A DNA stretch of 64,000 nt, taken from NCBI GenBank assembly GCA_043739185.1, contig JAYUEN010000029.1, positions 1 through 64,000 on the forward strand, given 5' to 3'. Position 1 is the first letter of the stretch. Each line of letters starts with the position of its first letter. This DNA comes from Bdellovibrionales bacterium. GTDB taxonomy: Bacteria > Bdellovibrionota > Bdellovibrionia > Bdellovibrionales > JAMPXM01. This document shows, in pieces, positions 40,602-50,479 of the stretch. A model generated the notes under the pieces. The model was not told the DNA's origin and did not search any database. It saw nothing but the letters and a program-made list of their open reading frames with translations. The position numbers were made by a program, and so were the translations under genes.

Positions 40602-40982
40602 TTGATCCATTATTTTAGACGTCACCATTCTTATATGTGGAGATATCTTAGTCGGCTCTTGATTCACTTGTTTCGGCGGCCCGTATTTCCGTTTTTAGTG
40701 GGGCTTTCTCTCACGATGATTTCAGTTTTTAGTGTTTTGATTTACTTTATAGAAAGCGATGCGAACCCCATGGTTCGTAGTTATCTCGATGCAATTTATC
40801 TTAGCGTCGCACTTTTAACAACTGTGGGTTTGGGCGATGTGCATCCCATTACTTCGCTGGGAAAATTCATGACGATATTCATGATGCTCTTAGGGGCATT
40901 TTTATTTGTTTCATTTACTGGCGTCATTTCATCTTCGCTTCATGCCATCGAGCATGAGGCTGAAGAAGCTACAAAAGATTAA
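40602..40982 (+). CDS. Minimal two-TM potassium-channel-family protein
   Basis: DAIYLS..LLTTVGLGDVHPIT..GK pore motif. Confidence 0.85.
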   Translation: MIHYFRRHHSYMWRYLSRLLIHLFRRPVFPFLVGLSLTMISVFSVLIYFIESDANPMVRSYLDAIYLSVALLTTVGLGDVHPITSLGKFMTIFMMLLGAFLFVSFTGVISSSLHAIEHEAEEATKD

Positions 40983-41048
40983 TAGACTTTTTATCATTTC
41001 TTTTTACTCGCAATATTTTGTCATATTATATCGGTTTGAAGTTTCAAA

Positions 41049-42494
41049 TTGAAGTTGAAAGAGAAGTCAGGCGTGACAAGAGAAAATATCAAGAGCGGTC
41101 CGAACAAAATAAATCGAAACATAATGCCGATTCTCATTTGCCTTACTTTGGGCGGAAGTGGCTTGGCTTCGATGCTTGTATCTTCAATTGTCTTTTTGGT
41201 TATTGGCTTGGCATTTTCTTGTCTCTTTTTACTCACACATTTTTCAATAAAGAAAATTTTTATTGAGCTGACAAATTCTGAAATTGTTTATCAAGGCACT
41301 TCAGAAACGCAGCCTGTTCGCATTAAAGTGTCAGATGTAATGGCGGTTCGACTTACTAACTTTGTGCGCAGCGATTCAGAGTGTATTTGTCTGCTCGACG
41401 CGAAGTCGAATCCTTTGGGCTATATTGGCCAGGATTTTCAAGATTGGCCAAAGATTCGAAAATGGTTGTTAACCGGTCCGTGGAAGCAGCTCTCGGAACT
41501 TGAAGAGTTTAGTTATGAAGGAATTCGCGAAGCTCTGAACTGGTTGCTTCGCGATTTTGCCGGTAAAGTTCGACTTGCTGTCTTGCTGTATGGCGCTTTC
41601 TTTCTCGTTGTAAAAATGTGCTTCCTTTCACTGAGCTCGACTCAAGGAAGTTCGGGTCAGGTGGGACTGATTCTTTGGGCCACGAGCTCGTTGATGGCAA
41701 TCGCAATTTATTGGTATTTTGGCTCAAAAGAAATTCGCAAGCGCATTTTCCCCGATTTTGGCATTTGTTTGTTATTTCTTGTATTTAATTTTTTCTACTG
41801 TGATTTGGCGGTGATACCTCTATCCAGCCTAAATAATATGAAACAGATTCAAATTTTTAAATTGCCGATTGCAAAGCTTTTTCACACCGATCTTGGGCCC
41901 TTTCATTTCTGTAATGTGCAGGTACCAGCTTTTCCTATTTACAATTTTCGGACTGAAGATTTTTCGAAAGAGTTGAATTTACCTCAAAGCCTATGTCTCA
42001 ATTTAAAATCAGGCTCAAATATTTGGCTTCAATATTCGCAGGGCAATTGGGGTCAGATTTGGATGCACGTCTCAAATGAAGCCCCCAAAGATCTTGATAT
42101 TCCAGTACTTGATTATGAATTACTTCGAAGTACTTATTTTAAGGATCAACAAAAACATATCGACGAAATTAATATTCAAACTAAACTTAATGAAGCCAAA
42201 TTCAATCAAGAGCTAGCAAAAAACTACGGCCCAGAAAAACCTTGGATTATGCTGGCGGCAATGCCCTTTCCCATTGAAGGAAATACCAAGGCTCCTTCTG
42301 TCGAAGTCGAACAAAAATTGAATTTGCTCGAACAGTGCACCCACGTGAAACTATTAGTTGCCACTGATTCAATTCGAAGCAATTGGAGGATTGGCCGTCC
42401 GTTTAAGACAACTCAAGATGCCAATCAATGGCTGCCTCAAGCAAAAAAATGCGCTGGTGAAGACGCTCATCTTGAAATTCTTTTTTCTTTTTAA
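41049..42494 (+). CDS. Hypothetical multi-TM protein, possible C-terminal SPOR-like domain
   Basis: Several hydrophobic segments; C-terminal WRIGRPFKTTQDA...EDAHL. Confidence 0.6.
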   Translation: MKLKEKSGVTRENIKSGPNKINRNIMPILICLTLGGSGLASMLVSSIVFLVIGLAFSCLFLLTHFSIKKIFIELTNSEIVYQGTSETQPVRIKVSDVMAVRLTNFVRSDSECICLLDAKSNPLGYIGQDFQDWPKIRKWLLTGPWKQLSELEEFSYEGIREALNWLLRDFAGKVRLAVLLYGAFFLVVKMCFLSLSSTQGSSGQVGLILWATSSLMAIAIYWYFGSKEIRKRIFPDFGICLLFLVFNFFYCDLAVIPLSSLNNMKQIQIFKLPIAKLFHTDLGPFHFCNVQVPAFPIYNFRTEDFSKELNLPQSLCLNLKSGSNIWLQYSQGNWGQIWMHVSNEAPKDLDIPVLDYELLRSTYFKDQQKHIDEINIQTKLNEAKFNQELAKNYGPEKPWIMLAAMPFPIEGNTKAPSVEVEQKLNLLEQCTHVKLLVATDSIRSNWRIGRPFKTTQDANQWLPQAKKCAGEDAHLEILFSF

Positions 42495-42507
42495 CTAATT
42501 TAGGATA

Positions 42508-43803
42508 TTAGCGCTCAAATACCGGGGAGAGAGTTCCGTTTGTCGAAAGCATTTGGTGCTCCATTCGCTGGATACTTTTTCCACCGCTCAAGCTTTGTTC
42601 GAAGCCGGTAGACAACTTAAGTATAGTATCTCTATGGCTTGATTTGCTTAGAAAAAGCTCTCGCCATTGAGGAAAGGCTAAAACGGCATCGAATAATAAG
42701 GTCATTTCATTGCCGTTTTTTATTGGCTTAAGCGTTTTCAGATACTTTGAGTCCAGTTTATAGTCTTGTATCTTTTCATTCCAAGTACTGCGAGACAGCA
42801 TCAATTGGCTCAAGGCTTGGCCAAAATATTTTTCTAACTGTCTTTCTGCTTTTGCATTTTCACCAACTAATTTCACTTTTAAAATCATCGGCAACAAGAG
42901 TTCCCCTGGCAAATCAACGCCATGTCCGCGCGCCAAATAGAGCTCAAGCAATACTTCGTTTGGTCGCTCGATTGCGATACTTTCCCGAAAGCTTTTCCAG
43001 GAGGGAGCACTCCCGTATCTCTTTTCGAGGTCCGCTTCTGTAACGCCCTTTGCAAGCAGTTTTTTGAATACACGATCGATTGCTTCATTGGTGGGTTGCA
43101 ATTTCCTCTTTTCATATATTGCAAATGCCAAGGGGCGATTCACGCCACCGGATTCAAACAATGGCGAACCGTGATCAAGCAAAAACTCTGCTTTGTCTAT
43201 TGAACTATTGAGCCCCCCAAAAACTAAATTGCCCTCATAGTCCACCGTATTGAGTTTGATGCCAAGCCTGACGAGTGTTTTGGTGAGTTCCGATTGAACA
43301 TCATATTCCAATGCGCCATAACTTAGATGTCGCAATTCTTCAACGAATGCTGAAGACGAAATGTTCACTCCGGCCGAAACAATTGCCTTTACTTTGTCCA
43401 TTTTGGTTTCAAGCGAGTTATTGACACTCGTTAACATCGTTTTAAAGGGCGTTCCTTTTGAATAGGCATTACTCAGAGGATCGGCACCATGCCTTATAAA
43501 TTCAATAATTATTTCAGAAGTAGACCAAACCATAATGAAGTGCATCGGCGTTGCCCAAAGATATCCGGGCTCATTCAAATTTATTTTTTTTTGCGTAAGA
43601 ATTTCCCGTACTTTAGTCAAATTATTGTTTATCCCAGCTTCGGTGAGTTCGACTACTTGAGGGTCTTTGAAAAACTTCTTAACATCGGCAAGTTTCATTT
43701 CATTTGCTCCCCACGCCAATTGAGGCCCCGTAGACAGGAATAAAAAAGTAACAAGGCAAATTGATTTCAATCGGGATAAGTACTTCGTAATTGAATTACT
43801 CAT
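42508..43803 (-). CDS. Secreted ankyrin-repeat-like protein
   Basis: Signal peptide; INLNEPG..ATPMH...HGADP and GTPF repeats. Confidence 0.65.
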   Translation of the reverse strand: MSNSITKYLSRLKSICLVTFLFLSTGPQLAWGANEMKLADVKKFFKDPQVVELTEAGINNNLTKVREILTQKKINLNEPGYLWATPMHFIMVWSTSEIIIEFIRHGADPLSNAYSKGTPFKTMLTSVNNSLETKMDKVKAIVSAGVNISSSAFVEELRHLSYGALEYDVQSELTKTLVRLGIKLNTVDYEGNLVFGGLNSSIDKAEFLLDHGSPLFESGGVNRPLAFAIYEKRKLQPTNEAIDRVFKKLLAKGVTEADLEKRYGSAPSWKSFRESIAIERPNEVLLELYLARGHGVDLPGELLLPMILKVKLVGENAKAERQLEKYFGQALSQLMLSRSTWNEKIQDYKLDSKYLKTLKPIKNGNEMTLLFDAVLAFPQWRELFLSKSSHRDTILKLSTGFEQSLSGGKSIQRMEHQMLSTNGTLSPVFER

Positions 43804-43980
43804 TTTTATTTAGCCTTTTCTGTTTTTGCATTTCTTGAAACTAGTAAATCACAATTATTTTGAAAATTTGTAAAAATGATGGGTGTTTTTGGAGTTTTAA
43901 CTAATTTACCACTTCGGACGCGGCGCAGTTTGAGCATTAAAAGTAATTTTTAGCCAGATCCACAAAGTCTTGCTAGACTT

Positions 43981-45255
43981 TTGCAAATGCCAAACGCAGA
44001 TCAACTTCAAAACAAAACTCTAATTATTGGCGGCGGAATCATTGGACTCTCAACCGCCATCGAACTTGCAAAGTCTGGCGTTCAGGTCACTCTACTTGAA
44101 AAAAATGAAGTCGGCCGCGGCTGTTCTTATGGCAATGCCGGTTGGCTTACTCCCTGCTTTGCTTTGCCTCTCCCCATGCCAGGATTGTTTTTTCGCTCTA
44201 TTGGGTGGCTGTTTAATCCCAATGGTCCGCTTTATATCCAACCCTCGTTTTCACTTGATTTGCAGCGCTGGCTTTTGAGATTTGTAAGCTCGATGACAAT
44301 GACAAAAGCTATTCCGGCCACTGAATTTTTAGTTAAGTTATCGATGTTGAGTCTCGAAATTTATAAAAATTTGGCGATTGAGTTTCCTGAAGAGTTTTCT
44401 TTTCAGCAAAAGGGCCTCTTGATGGTGGCCGAAAGCGGAACCGGAGTCAAAAGCGTTCAGCAGGAGCTTGATTTCGTAAAACGTTTCGGGGTCAGCGGCG
44501 CCGTTCTCAATCCAGAAGAAATTAAGCATCTCGAGCCCGCTCTAATTGGAAAATATTTGGGAGCTGTTTATTTCGAAAATGAAGCACATGTTGAACCCTT
44601 TCAATTGATACAAGTACTTAAGAAAAAAGCCCTCAAACTCGGCGTTGATATTTTAGAGCATCACGAATTAACAGATTTTGAAACTCACAATGATCAAATC
44701 GTAAGTGTGCATTCAAATGCCAAAGTATTTTCTGCTCAAAATTTTATTTTAGCCACCGGAGCTTGGTCTAAGAAGTTAGGTAAATCTCTTGGGCTTTCAA
44801 TCCCAATTTTAGGCGGCAAGGGTTACTCAATGTTGGTACCTCAAGGCGGTCAGCCACTCGCACATCCGGTGATGGTGATTGATCGAAAATTGGCAATGAG
44901 TCCCTATAAAAATAAGATACGTATCGCCGGAACGCTAGAACTCGTCGATCAAGACTTTTCACTAAACCGAAGAAGAGCGCAAATTTTACTTGATGGCGCC
45001 AATACACACTTAAATATTCAGCAAGCACAGAGCCTAGATCAAGTTGAAGACCTTTGGTATGGCTTGCGCCCTTGCACACCCGATGGACTACCAATGATGG
45101 GCTATTCAAATCGATTTAAAAATTTGGTCATCGCCACGGGCCACCAGATGTTAGGTGTGCAAGCCGGAGCGGGAAGTGGTCTTGCTCTTGCGAATCTTAT
45201 TTTAAACAAACCTAATCTGATTGATTTAAAATTGGCAAATCCAAATCGTTTTTGA
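43981..45255 (+). CDS. FAD-dependent D-amino acid dehydrogenase family protein
   Basis: GGGIIG, CSYGNAG, GKGYS, GLRPCTPDGLP and ATGH motifs. Confidence 0.9.
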   Translation: MQMPNADQLQNKTLIIGGGIIGLSTAIELAKSGVQVTLLEKNEVGRGCSYGNAGWLTPCFALPLPMPGLFFRSIGWLFNPNGPLYIQPSFSLDLQRWLLRFVSSMTMTKAIPATEFLVKLSMLSLEIYKNLAIEFPEEFSFQQKGLLMVAESGTGVKSVQQELDFVKRFGVSGAVLNPEEIKHLEPALIGKYLGAVYFENEAHVEPFQLIQVLKKKALKLGVDILEHHELTDFETHNDQIVSVHSNAKVFSAQNFILATGAWSKKLGKSLGLSIPILGGKGYSMLVPQGGQPLAHPVMVIDRKLAMSPYKNKIRIAGTLELVDQDFSLNRRRAQILLDGANTHLNIQQAQSLDQVEDLWYGLRPCTPDGLPMMGYSNRFKNLVIATGHQMLGVQAGAGSGLALANLILNKPNLIDLKLANPNRF

Positions 45256-45402
45256 TAGGACTTCAAAGAGACTGCCTAAAGGCGAAGTTGAATTCCTAAA
45301 TATAGATTCCATGACGTTGAACTATCTCAGCCAGCCCTTCAGTGGGTTTAGACATCTTGGCTCAAGCCTCCCGCCCGCCTCTGATTGACAATGAAACTAT
45401 TC

Positions 45403-45433
45403 AGCCGAAGGTCGAGTGTCTTTCGGCTTTTTT
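45403..45433 (+). terminator. Intrinsic terminator
   Basis: AGCCGAAGG...CTTTCGGCT stem followed by a T-tract. Confidence 0.7.
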
Positions 45434-45615
45434 ACTGGTCTGATAGTGCGTTCGCTTTTGAAGACGGCGCGCGAAGAAAGAATCGAAGTCCACTCCATCA
45501 ATAATTAACAAATATTAGTGAATATTTTCTTGAACTTCAAAAAATTGATTCTCATAATAGATCAAGCGCAAAAAAATTAATAAGTTCTATAATCAGAACT
45601 TTTCAAGGAGGAAAA

Positions 45616-47217
45616 GTGAGAATTGCTATTACTACGGCTCTAACAATATTAAGCTTAGGCGGATTTGCCTACGCACAAACAGATACGGCGACAGGAAATA
45701 AAGGCGGTGGCGACTGGACTCCAGCAAAGTGCGAAGCCCAATTGCCTGCTGTGAAGAAATATGGCGAATCCTGCGTAAAGATCAAAGCACTAGATAAGAG
45801 ACAAGCTTGTGTTCACGCAGCTGATTCAAAGTTTCCTCCGGGACTTTTTAAATCTTGCGGTTCGACATTTGATCCTCTTCAAACTGAATTAATGGCGGAA
45901 GAGAAAAAATTGTATCCAACTCAAGCCACTGCTTTCGACCACGGCGGAAACAATAATGGCGGACCAAACAATGGACCAAATGGTGGCCCAGGAATGAACG
46001 GCGGACCAAACGGCGGCCCCGGCATGAATGGTGGACCAACTAATACTGCTACAAATAATGGTCCAAACGGTGGTGGAAATAATCAAAATTATAATCCTGC
46101 CGACTGGAATGATTCAAAATGCCAAGCTCAGATTCCTAAAGTTACAAAAGGTGCTGATGCCTGTATGAAAAAGAAAGATGCTGGCAAACGCGCCGAGTGT
46201 TTTGATAAAGTTGGCAAGCAAATGCCAAATGGTTTCTTTGATGCTTGTCGCACACAAGTTGAGCCGCTTAAACAGGCTTATATGACAAAAGAAAAACAGT
46301 TGTATCCAAATCAGCCATCTGGAATTGACCACGGCGGAAACAATAATGGCGGACCAAACAATGGACCAAATGGTGGACCAGGTAATATGGCCAACAATAA
46401 TGGACCAAATGGTGGACCAAACAACGGAACAAATGGTGGCCCAGGTATGATGAACGGCGGACCAACTGGTACCGCAACAAATGGTGGACCAAACGGCGGC
46501 CCAGGCATGAACGGTGGACCAACTAATACTGCTACCAATGGCGGACCAAATGGCGGCCCAGGCATGAACGGTGGACCAACTAATACTGCTACCAATGGCG
46601 GACCAAATGGCGGCGGAAATAATCAAAATTTTAATCCTGCTGACTGGAATGATTCAAAATGCCAAGCTCAGATTCCCAAGGCCACAAAAGGCGCTGATGC
46701 TTGTATTAAAATGAAAGACGCTGGCAAACGCGCCGAGTGTTTCGATCAAATTGGCAAACAAATGCCAAATGGTTTCTTTGAGGCTTGTCGCACATTAGTT
46801 GAACCTATTAAACAAGCCTATATGACGAAGGAAAAACAATTGTATCCAAATCAGCCATCTGGAATTGACCACGGCGGAAACAATAATGGCGGACCAAACA
46901 ATGGACCAAATGGTGGCCCAGGTAATATGGCCAATAATAATGGACCAAACGGCGGCCCCGGAACTAACGGTGGTCCCGGCATGATGAACGGAAAGAAAAT
47001 GGATTGCGGAAAAGTGGTTGCAGACACCAAGGCAAAAGCCATTAAGTGTTTGGCAATTAAGACCGCGGCTAGTCGCAAAGAGTGCGGCGATAAAGTCGGC
47101 CAAACTCTCGGCCAAACTGGCGCAGACCAAGCTTGCCACGATCAGGTCAATCAACTTCATCAAGATATGATGAGCCAAGAAAAACAGAAGTACCCAACTC
47201 AGGATTCTGTTCTGTAA
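45616..47217 (+). CDS. Secreted protein with four Cys4 helical repeats separated by Gly/Asn/Pro linkers
   Basis: AAGGAGG RBS, signal peptide, C-x13-C-x11-C-x15/16-C...EKxxYPxQ four times, GGPN repeats. Confidence 0.85.
   Translation: MRIAITTALTILSLGGFAYAQTDTATGNKGGGDWTPAKCEAQLPAVKKYGESCVKIKALDKRQACVHAADSKFPPGLFKSCGSTFDPLQTELMAEEKKLYPTQATAFDHGGNNNGGPNNGPNGGPGMNGGPNGGPGMNGGPTNTATNNGPNGGGNNQNYNPADWNDSKCQAQIPKVTKGADACMKKKDAGKRAECFDKVGKQMPNGFFDACRTQVEPLKQAYMTKEKQLYPNQPSGIDHGGNNNGGPNNGPNGGPGNMANNNGPNGGPNNGTNGGPGMMNGGPTGTATNGGPNGGPGMNGGPTNTATNGGPNGGPGMNGGPTNTATNGGPNGGGNNQNFNPADWNDSKCQAQIPKATKGADACIKMKDAGKRAECFDQIGKQMPNGFFEACRTLVEPIKQAYMTKEKQLYPNQPSGIDHGGNNNGGPNNGPNGGPGNMANNNGPNGGPGTNGGPGMMNGKKMDCGKVVADTKAKAIKCLAIKTAASRKECGDKVGQTLGQTGADQACHDQVNQLHQDMMSQEKQKYPTQDSVL
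46076..46950 (+). repeat. Intragenic duplication at 540-bp offset plus exact 57-bp tandem repeat (46501-46557 / 46558-46614)
   Basis: Direct comparison of 46076 onward with 46616 onward. Confidence 0.9.
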
Positions 47218-47237
47218 TTATTATTTCGAAATTACGC

Positions 47238-47271
47238 AAAAGGGGCTGAAATTTTTCAGCCCCTTTTTTTT
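47238..47271. terminator. Bidirectional intrinsic terminator
   Basis: AAAAGGGGCTGAAA/TTTCAGCCCCTTTT stem between convergent genes. Confidence 0.9.
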
Positions 47272-47317
47272 GCCAAAGAGGGTGTTTAAAAGTCCGCCTT
47301 CAAACTTTCAATAATTT

Positions 47318-48130
47318 TTACGATTCTTTAGAAAAAATAAAGCGGTCGAAGACACGACCTAAGAAAAATCCTAGAAATGCAAATGCAGTTACTGCGACAA
47401 CTAAATTCCTGATACTAAAAAGTGCCCCAGTATCCTCACCCTTCCACTGAAAAAATGCGCTCGCAGAAAATAATAAGGTCAAGATTGCTGCATCAATAAT
47501 AATAGCTTTTCGCCCTTGCCGCTTATCTAATTCACGAAATTGAATTATTTTGTCACTGCTCAGGATAGGCAATTCTTTTAGAACTAATTTTGATTTCAAA
47601 GCCTCTGTTTTCAGCGAGCTCTGCTCTGAAAATAAGACCGGAATCAGGCTGACGCCTTTTTTTAGAACTTTTTCACCAGCTTCTTCATTTGGAACGTACT
47701 TCTTTGCATATTCGAGTAAATTCGAATAGAGCACACTATCATGAATAGATATTCCGAATTGAGTTTTCAAATAGTCCGGCATTGAGTTTTGAACGCGATT
47801 GAGCAGATCGCTCCAGTTCACTATGGGTAAATCAATGCGCTCTCCGGTGGAAGGATTTTCGCCTTTTTGAGACAAAATAAAAATTCCCACGCCGCCAACC
47901 ATTTTGGTGATTTCCTCAGCCAAAATATAACCGTCTAAATTCGGAAGTGAATAAGTTGCCACCACAATGTCTGGACGTAGTTGCGCAAACTCACTAAGGG
48001 CACGTCGCCCATCTTCACAAACGCTGATTTCAAGCTCGACCTTGGCAAAATGCTTTTTTAATTTCTGCGACATTTGATGGGCGAGCTGAGAGTCGGTCAG
48101 GGCCAATAGTATTTTAAGTGATTGGCTCAT
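47318..48130 (-). CDS. Pseudo-receiver domain protein with two C-terminal TM helices
   Basis: REC-like DGRRAL..PDIVVATYSLPNLDG with Thr at the phospho-Asp position. Confidence 0.7.
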   Translation of the reverse strand: MSQSLKILLALTDSQLAHQMSQKLKKHFAKVELEISVCEDGRRALSEFAQLRPDIVVATYSLPNLDGYILAEEITKMVGGVGIFILSQKGENPSTGERIDLPIVNWSDLLNRVQNSMPDYLKTQFGISIHDSVLYSNLLEYAKKYVPNEEAGEKVLKKGVSLIPVLFSEQSSLKTEALKSKLVLKELPILSSDKIIQFRELDKRQGRKAIIIDAAILTLLFSASAFFQWKGEDTGALFSIRNLVVAVTAFAFLGFFLGRVFDRFIFSKES

Positions 48131-49074
48131 AGGTCCTTCTGAATTTCTGCAATCTTGCGATTGGATTCTTGCAGGCGTTTGGAGAATATCTTGAAGATAT
48201 CCATACTTCGATGAGGTTCCGCGTACATGAGTTTCATAAAATCAATGCGATCAAAAGAAATACATGAGGTGTGAGTCTTTGCAATGAGCGATGCCGTTCG
48301 CGGCTCGTTGGTTACCATTGCTATTTCGCCAATAAGGTGGCCCTTACCGATACTACTCAAAGCCAAAACCTCACTGGTCCCTTGAACGGCAACCTCGACC
48401 TCTCCCTCTTCTATCAGATAGGCCGTCGAGCCCTTTTCACCTTGAACTACGAGAATTTCGCCGGGCTCAAAAATCGACATATAAAAAACTTCTTGAAAAC
48501 GAATGATTTCTTGATCCGAAATATTTTGAATAAACTGCGAATAAAAATCTCGCAGTTTGATCGACATCGGTACTACTCTCTGTCCGAGCTCTTGAGACTC
48601 AAAGGGATCTTGCAAGGCTTGAAATCCGATCTCTGTAAGGCTTTCAATCAACTCTTCCGGACATAAACAAAGTGCAAAACTAAGCTTTCGTCTTGCCATC
48701 AAAATTAAAATCATGCGAAAGATTTGTTTGCGAAGCAGGTGATTGCCGGCAAAATCTTTAAGCATTGCCAGCATATCTACAACAAAACAAACTCCTTTTA
48801 GATTTTCAGTTGCCTCTTGAAAATTAAAACCAATATTTTGAATAGGCTCGAGTGCTGAATACTCAGAGGCTCTTAAACAGGCCACGGCAGCAGCATTGTT
48901 ATAAGCAACTACATTGATCGTATTCGGGAACAAATCGACCGGGTCAACAAGCTTGCGAGTAAACTGAAACATTTGTGCTGGTTGTCTTCCGGACTCTTCA
49001 AGAACGCGAAAGCGCAATGCCAAAATGTCATTTAGTTCTTTTGCGCTTTTTGCTTGAGTGATGACTGTTGCCAT
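48127..49074 (-). CDS. GNAT/N-acyl synthase-like domain fused to a cyclic-nucleotide-binding domain
   Basis: ILALRFRV...VDPVD...ACLR at the N-terminus; QGEKG..AYLIEEGEV...GEIAM...PRTAS at the C-terminus. Confidence 0.8.
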   Translation of the reverse strand: MATVITQAKSAKELNDILALRFRVLEESGRQPAQMFQFTRKLVDPVDLFPNTINVVAYNNAAAVACLRASEYSALEPIQNIGFNFQEATENLKGVCFVVDMLAMLKDFAGNHLLRKQIFRMILILMARRKLSFALCLCPEELIESLTEIGFQALQDPFESQELGQRVVPMSIKLRDFYSQFIQNISDQEIIRFQEVFYMSIFEPGEILVVQGEKGSTAYLIEEGEVEVAVQGTSEVLALSSIGKGHLIGEIAMVTNEPRTASLIAKTHTSCISFDRIDFMKLMYAEPHRSMDIFKIFSKRLQESNRKIAEIQKDL

Positions 49075-49126
49075 TTTATTTCCAAATAAAATTGAGAAGA
49101 TTTACCATTCATGTTTATTATATAGC

Positions 49127-50479
49127 ATGAAGATAACTCTACAAATGTTAATAAAAGTAGTTGCGTTGCTTGGACTTTCGTCGATACCAACACAGCTGTG
49201 CTTGGCAGATTCCGAAGATCAACTCGTTGAGATTGTGAACGAGGGATTGAGGAATGCATACGATATTAAATCTCAACAACTCAAATTAGAACAATCACGA
49301 AATTTGCTCAAAAACTCATATTACAATTTACTTCCGAAAGTGACTCTTTCTGGTGGGCGAACGATCACGACCACTGAATCACAACCGAGCGGCTATATTC
49401 AAGCCGATACAACTGCACAAAGTAGTGCTTCGGCAGCAGCGAGCTGGACACTTTTTGACAATTATCAGTCGATTCGAAATATTCAAACATCAGAGGCCAC
49501 CTATGAAGTGACCCAAAAGCAAACCCGCAAACAAGTGCAAAGCTATATATTGAATTTATTGAATCTCTATTTGCAGTATCAATTATTACTGAGTCAAAAA
49601 ATCACCCTCGAAGATTCTTTGAAGCAAAACAAGTGGACGCAAGAAGAGTCCGCAGCACTGGTTGCAGCTGGAGCACGGACCAAGCTTGATTCAATGGACG
49701 CTGAAATTGCTGTGGTCACAACCGAGAGAGATTTACTCGAGCTAAACAATAGCATTGACTCTTCGGAACGAAATATTTTTGCTATTTTAAATTCAGATCG
49801 CTATAAAAAACTTCCGGTCATCGATCTCATCAAACTAAAGCCATTTTATATGAAAGACTTTGATAAGAGAATTTCTTCAATACGCGAGCAAGCTAAAAGG
49901 GATTTGGAGTCGGTCAATCCAGACCTTCAAATTGCACATCGGCAACTTGATATTTCACTGATGAATCTCAAACAAACTAAGTTGGGATATTGGCCGTCTA
50001 CCAATTTGGTACTAAGCCATAGCGTTGACTTAAGCAATTTGGTTCAAGCGCCAGCCGTTGGAATGAGTGCCCTCCCTCTCAATACCTCAAGTATTCAATT
50101 GCAATTTTCTTGGCAACTATGGGATTGGTGGATCACTCCCCGAAATATTGATAATGCTCAGAAGGACTATGAAATTTCGCGCTTTCAATACAAGCAAGCT
50201 TTATTGCAGACCAATTCAGATGTTCAAAATTCTATTGATGCTTACGATGTTTTAGAAAAGAGTATTTATGCTTCAAATCTCGCGCTCGACAAAGCTAAAA
50301 TTCAAATGTCTTATTCACGCGAAATGTTTCGCCTTGGCCGAATCACCCTACTGGTCATGCAACAATCTGTCAGTCGATTTCGCGATGCCCAGATTGCACT
50401 CGCAACTCGCATGGAGTCTAAATACATTCTGGCGGCCCAGATATTAGACAAAATGGGATATGAACTGATGCCAAATTAA
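49127..50479 (+). CDS. TolC-family outer membrane efflux protein
   Basis: Signal peptide, LLPKVTLS, SWTLFD, AGARTKLD and FRLGRIT repeats. Confidence 0.85.
   Translation: MKITLQMLIKVVALLGLSSIPTQLCLADSEDQLVEIVNEGLRNAYDIKSQQLKLEQSRNLLKNSYYNLLPKVTLSGGRTITTTESQPSGYIQADTTAQSSASAAASWTLFDNYQSIRNIQTSEATYEVTQKQTRKQVQSYILNLLNLYLQYQLLLSQKITLEDSLKQNKWTQEESAALVAAGARTKLDSMDAEIAVVTTERDLLELNNSIDSSERNIFAILNSDRYKKLPVIDLIKLKPFYMKDFDKRISSIREQAKRDLESVNPDLQIAHRQLDISLMNLKQTKLGYWPSTNLVLSHSVDLSNLVQAPAVGMSALPLNTSSIQLQFSWQLWDWWITPRNIDNAQKDYEISRFQYKQALLQTNSDVQNSIDAYDVLEKSIYASNLALDKAKIQMSYSREMFRLGRITLLVMQQSVSRFRDAQIALATRMESKYILAAQILDKMGYELMPN

Noticed and set aside
39390..43803. Integrative element at tRNA-Asn
   Set aside because: No integrase, and no duplicated tRNA 3' end noticed downstream
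45940..46990. Regular repeats resembling a CRISPR array
   Set aside because: In-frame coding repeats with synonymous variation, no unique spacers and no cas genes
45848..47178. Many antisense ORFs over the repeat protein
   Set aside because: Shadow frames produced by low-complexity codon usage
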